Positions 32,291 through 32,873 of a stretch of DNA of 32,873 nt are shown one piece after another. Origin of the DNA: Sandaracinaceae bacterium. GTDB taxonomy: Bacteria > Myxococcota_A > Polyangia > Polyangiales > JADJQN01. A program made the translations under genes and the position numbers. Every line of letters begins with the position of its first letter. The first letter of the stretch is position 1. The notes beneath the pieces are model-generated. The model did no database searches. It saw only the letters and a list, made by a program, of their open reading frames with translations, and was not told where the DNA came from. The stretch covers positions 1-32,873 of the forward strand of contig CANKOL010000015.1 of NCBI GenBank assembly GCA_947483975.1, given 5' to 3'.

Positions 32291-32873
32291 TCAGTCGACG
32301 TCGACGCTGACCTCGAGCTTGCCCGCCGCCTCCGGGAAGACCTGGAGCGCCTCCGCGATGCGCGGGTGCGCGAGGGCGCGCTGCTTGGTCTGCTCGCGGC
32401 GCTCGACGTCGCGCGCCGCCTCGACCTGCGCGACCGAGGTGCCGGTCGTCGTCGCGTCCTTGGCGAAGAGGATCTCGATGGACGGCGACGCGCCGAAGAT
32501 GGCCTGGGCGGCCTCGGTGAGGCCCTCGAGCGCCTCGGGCGCGCCCGCTTGCTGCCCGAAGAACGAGCCCGTCGGGAAGACGAGCACGATCGACTCGGGC
32601 GTCACCGTGCGGCCGATGCCGTGCTGCACGACCGCGGCGAGGGCAGGGCGCGCGTGCCGGAGGTGCGCGATCAGGCGCTCCCAGACCTCGGGCGGGGGAG
32701 GCGGGGGCGCGCTCGGGGTCGGGAGCGCGGCGCGCGGCGCGTCGGGAGAGGCGGGTGGAGGTTCGTCGTCGTCGCCGAGCAGATCCGCCGGCGGCTGAAA
32801 GCGCGAGGCGCCCGCGGCGGTCGTCGGCGTGCGCGTCGTGCCGCGGTTCGGCTGGGGTGGGGGCTGCTGTTGC
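32291..32873 (-). CDS. dnaX: DNA polymerase III subunit gamma/tau, C-terminal part (runs off the window)
   Basis: The frame is open to the window edge with a Pro-rich linker, then WERLIAHLRHARPALAAVVQHG...ALAHPRIAEALQVFP. The dnaX-ybaB-recR order is conserved. Confidence 0.85.
   Translation of the reverse strand, partial: QQQPPPQPNRGTTRTPTTAAGASRFQPPADLLGDDDEPPPASPDAPRAALPTPSAPPPPPPEVWERLIAHLRHARPALAAVVQHGIGRTVTPESIVLVFPTGSFFGQQAGAPEALEGLTEAAQAIFGASPSIEILFAKDATTTGTSVAQVEAARDVERREQTKQRALAHPRIAEALQVFPEAAGKLEVSVDVD

Overview
Very GC-rich bacterial DNA, probably Myxococcota (Polyangiales/Sandaracinaceae-like). This is inferred from the many Cys/Asp-rich lipoproteins with DAG/DGG linkers, the putative metal-binding repeats and a sigma54 enhancer-binding protein (EBP). 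The right end holds the core dnaX (3' part)-ybaB-recR cluster. The remaining ~31 kb is an accessory region of mostly single secreted or lipoprotein genes in mixed orientation: a pentapeptide-repeat protein, two HExxH metalloprotease lipoproteins, a metal-binding-repeat/RCC1 surface protein, a lipocalin, an LRR protein, a DUF4190-like protein, an orphan kinase and a nucleotidyltransferase two-gene module. Three things stand out. (1) A compact signalling locus contains a DAHL-type sensor kinase, a sigma54 response regulator and a di-heme cytochrome c peroxidase homologue whose catalytic residues look substituted. It also has a sigma54 promoter with paired palindromic enhancer boxes upstream of a small lipoprotein. 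(2) A dispersed 16-bp intergenic motif (consensus CCCGACCRNNGTTGRG, 11 copies at 4 loci) always coincides with locally expanded tandem arrays, including a 43-bp-phased array with inverted arms. (3) Intergenic spacers contain many short gene scars: IS630 transposase, an MCP C-terminus, Uma2, a group II intron 3' end, HipA, PAS and a PemK start. All family assignments come from motif recognition by eye; no searches were run.
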